NCBI GenBank assembly: GCA_963779495.1
Contig: CAVZYM010000004.1
Coordinates: 735,205-799,204, forward strand
Direction: 5' to 3'
DNA from: an uncultured Pseudomonadota bacterium
GTDB taxonomy: Bacteria; Myxococcota_A; Polyangia; Fen-1088
Length of the DNA: 64,000 nt
A program made the translations under genes and the position numbers. The notes under the pieces were generated by a model. The model saw only the letters and a list, made by a program, of their open reading frames with translations. It was not told the origin of the DNA and did not search any database. Position 1 is the first letter of the stretch. Every line of letters starts with the position of its first letter. Positions 61,392-64,000 of this stretch are shown one piece after another.

Positions 61392-62255
61392 ATGGTCAGC
61401 CGAGCTCGATCCGTCACCGTCGTCGCGTTCGGGCTCACGCTGCTGCTGGCGGGCGACGCGTTCGCGCTCGACAAGCAAGGGAGCGCCCACGGCGGCGCGG
61501 CGGGCGGCGCGGACGAGGGCGGCTTCGCCATCTCCGGCGCGGTGATGCTGGGCGTCTCGCTGATCAACAGGTCGTACGCGGCCCGCCCCGACAACACCGG
61601 CCTGGCGCTGATGCGCTACGCCGCCCACGCCGACGTCGACATCCTGGGGCGCAAGCTGTCGATCCCGCTCGACGTCAACATGTTCTCCGACAAGGAGCGT
61701 GAGGGCCTCGCCAAGCTCTCCCCCACCGAGCTCGACCTGATCGCCGGCCTGACGTCGACCTGGAACGCCGGGCCGGGGGCGATCGAGCTCGGGACCCGGG
61801 TCGAGCAGGACCGGCCTGTGGATCACGACGGCCCCTCCCAGACCTACGCCGACGTGCGCGCCCGCTACCTGCTGTCGCTGCGCGACGCGAGCGCCGCCTT
61901 CGCCAGCCGCTTCCCGCACACCAACGTCAGCGGCTGGGCGACGCTGGGCTGGTTCGCCTACAACAAGACCTACTTCGCGCGCCCCGACAACACCGGTCTG
62001 GCGCTGTTCCGCTACGGGCTCCATGGCGAGCTGGCGGTCTTCGACGGCCGGCTGGCGTTCGCCCTGGACGCCACGATGTTCTCCGACAAGGAGGCGGCCA
62101 ACAAGCTGCGCCCCTCCGAGCTCGACCTGACGCCGGAGATCATCGCCCGCCGGGGTTCCTTCGAGCTCCACCTGGCCTACGAGCACGACATGCCTGTCGA
62201 TCAGGACAGCCTCGTGCAAAGCTTCCTGTACCTGCTGGGAGCGTGGGCGTTCTGA
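61392..62255 (+). CDS. Outer-membrane beta-barrel protein with internal duplication
   Basis: Signal peptide ...LLLAGDAFA. There are two homologous halves (ARPDNTGLAL(M/F)RY...MFSDKE...L.P(T/S)ELDL). C-terminal LLGAWAF. Confidence 0.6.
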   Translation: MVSRARSVTVVAFGLTLLLAGDAFALDKQGSAHGGAAGGADEGGFAISGAVMLGVSLINRSYAARPDNTGLALMRYAAHADVDILGRKLSIPLDVNMFSDKEREGLAKLSPTELDLIAGLTSTWNAGPGAIELGTRVEQDRPVDHDGPSQTYADVRARYLLSLRDASAAFASRFPHTNVSGWATLGWFAYNKTYFARPDNTGLALFRYGLHGELAVFDGRLAFALDATMFSDKEAANKLRPSELDLTPEIIARRGSFELHLAYEHDMPVDQDSLVQSFLYLLGAWAF

Positions 62256-62299
62256 TGACACGGACAACGCGACAGCGCGGCGGCGCGTCTAGACCAGAC

Positions 62300-63609
62300 A
62301 TGAAGAACCGACGCGTGATGATCCTGATGGCCAGCGCGACCACCCTTGCGGCGTGTGGCGGCGGCGCGGCCGGCACCGGCGGCGGCACCTACTGGCAGGA
62401 CGTCGCGCCGATCTACTACGACAAGTGTGTCCGCTGTCACCAGGAGGGGGGATCGCCCCCTTCCGCCTCGACACCTACGCCGAGGCCCGCGCCCACGCGG
62501 CCGCCGAGGCGCGCGAGGTGGAGGCCGGGACCATGCCCCCCTACTTCATGGTCCACGACGGCAGCTGCGGGTCATTCCACGACGAGACCACATTGACGGA
62601 TGCCCAGAAGGAGACGGTCGTCGCCTGGGCCCGCGGGGCACGCGCCGAGGGAACGCCGGTGACGCTCCAGCTCCCGGCCAAGCCGGCGCTCCCCGACGCG
62701 CAGTCGGTCTCGACGCCGCTTTTCGCGCCGACCCCGCAAGGGGGACAGCTGGCCGAGTTCGACGAGTACCGCTGCTTCGCGCTCGACGTCCCCAACGCCA
62801 GCGACGGGTTCCTGATCGGCTACGACGTCCTCCCCGGCGACGCGACGATCATTCATCACGTGATCGGCTTCGTCGTCGATCCGGCGAAGGTGCTCGACGG
62901 CGCGGGGCACACCAACGCCGACGCGATCCAGGCGCTCGACGGCGAATCTCCCGACAGGCTCGGCTGGCCCTGCTTCGGCGGCGCGGGCGACGGCCTCGAC
63001 GTCGACGGCGTCCCGGTCACCTGGGCGCCGGGCCAGGGGATCGTCGAACTACCCCGCCGGGATGGGGGCCCCGATCAAGGCGACCGACAAGCTGGTGGTC
63101 CAGGTCCACTACAACCTGGCCGACCCCGCCTCGGCCGGAAAGACCGACAGCACGACGGTCCAGCTCCGGTTCGCGCCCACCGTCGACCGCGAGCTGCGCT
63201 TCCTGCTCCCCGATCCGTTCCTCGACAGCCTCGGCGCGGCCGTTCCGGCGTCGCTGCCGCCCGGGAAGGCCAACACCAAGTACACCTGGACGCGGACCGG
63301 GAACCAGGTCGGCGTGCCGTCGTCGGGCGTGGACCTGATCGCGGTGATGCCGCACATGCACGGGCGCGGCCTGCGCCAGACGATGACGTTCGGCCCCGAT
63401 GGCAACAGTCCTGCGTCTCGCACATCGAGGGCTGGGACTTCCACTGGCAGGAGGTCTACTTCCTGACCACCCCGCTCGCGATGACGCCGTCGACGCGGAT
63501 TCAGGTCACCTGCGAGTACGACACCTCGATGGACACCGAGGCGGTCCTCCCGGGCTGGGGGACGCGCAACGAGATGTGCCTCAACATCCTGATCGTCGCG
63601 CTGCCCTAG
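62300..63609 (+). pseudogene. Lipoprotein with N-terminal CXXCH motif and PHM/DBH-like copper monooxygenase fold, frameshifted
   Basis: Lipobox TTLAACGGG and CVRCH. Then IIHHVIGF (HH site), VMPHMHGRG (HxH site) and NEMCLNILIVALP (Met ligand region), spread over three frames. Confidence 0.6.
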
Positions 63610-63618
63610 CAGGCGGCT

Positions 63619-64000
63619 CTCACGATCCTACACATCTTGCCGGCTGATCCCGGCTGTGATCCTCTGCGGGCATGCCCCGCAAGCGCGTGGAGGTTCCAGT
63701 CCTTTCGGCGGAGTTCAGCGACGCCGACCTTGGCGATGTAAGGCTGAATCGACGACTCGGACTTCTGGCTGATCGGCTCGGAGAGCGGCCCGGCGAGAGC
63801 TTTCCAAAGGCGTTGGACGACGCTGAGTTGGAAGCGGCGTACCGCTTTTTTGGCAATGACAGCGTTTCGCCGGAAGCCATCTTGGCGCCCCACTTTCGGC
63901 AGACGGCTCGCCGCGCAGCGAAGCATGGACGGGTGCTGGTCATCCACGACACGACCCAGTTCGAGTTCCCGGGCAATTCGAAGCGCGAGGGACTAGGTCG
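63619..64000 (+). mobile_element. IS4-family (IS50/Tn5-like) insertion sequence, left end and 5' part of the transposase; continues beyond the window
   Basis: GC drops after 63610. CTCACGATCCTACACATCT (63619-63637) matches 12 of 19 positions of the Tn5 outside end as I recall it. The transposase ORF starts at 63672. Confidence 0.6.
63672..64000 (+). CDS. IS4-family transposase, N-terminal DNA-binding region (partial)
   Basis: MPRKRVEVPVLSAEFSDADLGDVRLNRRLGLLADRLGERPGESFPKALDDAELEAAYRFFGNDSVSPEAILAPHFRQTARRAAKHGRVLVIHDTTQFEF. The pattern LGD.R...R, AYRF..N..V and (I/V).DTT matches the Tn5 transposase N-terminus. It is absent from the ORF track because it runs off the window. Confidence 0.7.
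   Translation, partial: MPRKRVEVPVLSAEFSDADLGDVRLNRRLGLLADRLGERPGESFPKALDDAELEAAYRFFGNDSVSPEAILAPHFRQTARRAAKHGRVLVIHDTTQFEFPGNSKREGLG

Overview
This is a 64-kb chromosomal segment of roughly 70% G+C by eye. It most likely comes from a myxobacterium, based on a MYXO-CTERM-type sorting tail, MopE-type Cys/Asp motifs, an AgmX/PglI-like domain, many lipobox proteins and a eukaryotic-like Ser/Thr kinase. I can support about 55 genes, one tRNA-Gly(GCC), several in-gene tandem repeats and the start of an IS4-family insertion sequence at the right edge. There is no rRNA, CRISPR array or prophage.

The contents are mostly housekeeping and metabolism:
- murI, scoAB, a split B12-dependent acyl-CoA mutase with MeaB, an acyl-CoA dehydrogenase and an aldehyde dehydrogenase
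- recBCD, fpg and an ATP-dependent DNA ligase
- a carbohydrate esterase, porin and MFS transporter block
- signalling genes

Two regions stand out:
1. 24529-28557 is a single, compositionally foreign 1342-aa gene directly beside the 3' end of tRNA-Gly. It encodes two N-terminal TM helices, an NB-ARC/STAND-like P-loop NTPase and about 11 C-terminal helical repeats. I read it as an NLR-like sensor or defence candidate.
2. 55820-63609 is a tightly packed seven-gene operon built around the uncharacterised VTC-domain, DUF4956 and CotH-kinase triad. It is expanded here with a Tmk-like P-loop and repeat fusion, a lipoprotein, an outer-membrane barrel and a PHM-like copper monooxygenase. An IS4 element follows it.

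About half of the genes are interrupted by frameshifts, and these occur in alternating blocks of intact and broken genes. I cannot tell genuine pseudogenes from assembly indels using the sequence alone.

All functional calls come from motif recognition in the supplied translations, with no database search. Boundaries of frameshifted genes are approximate.
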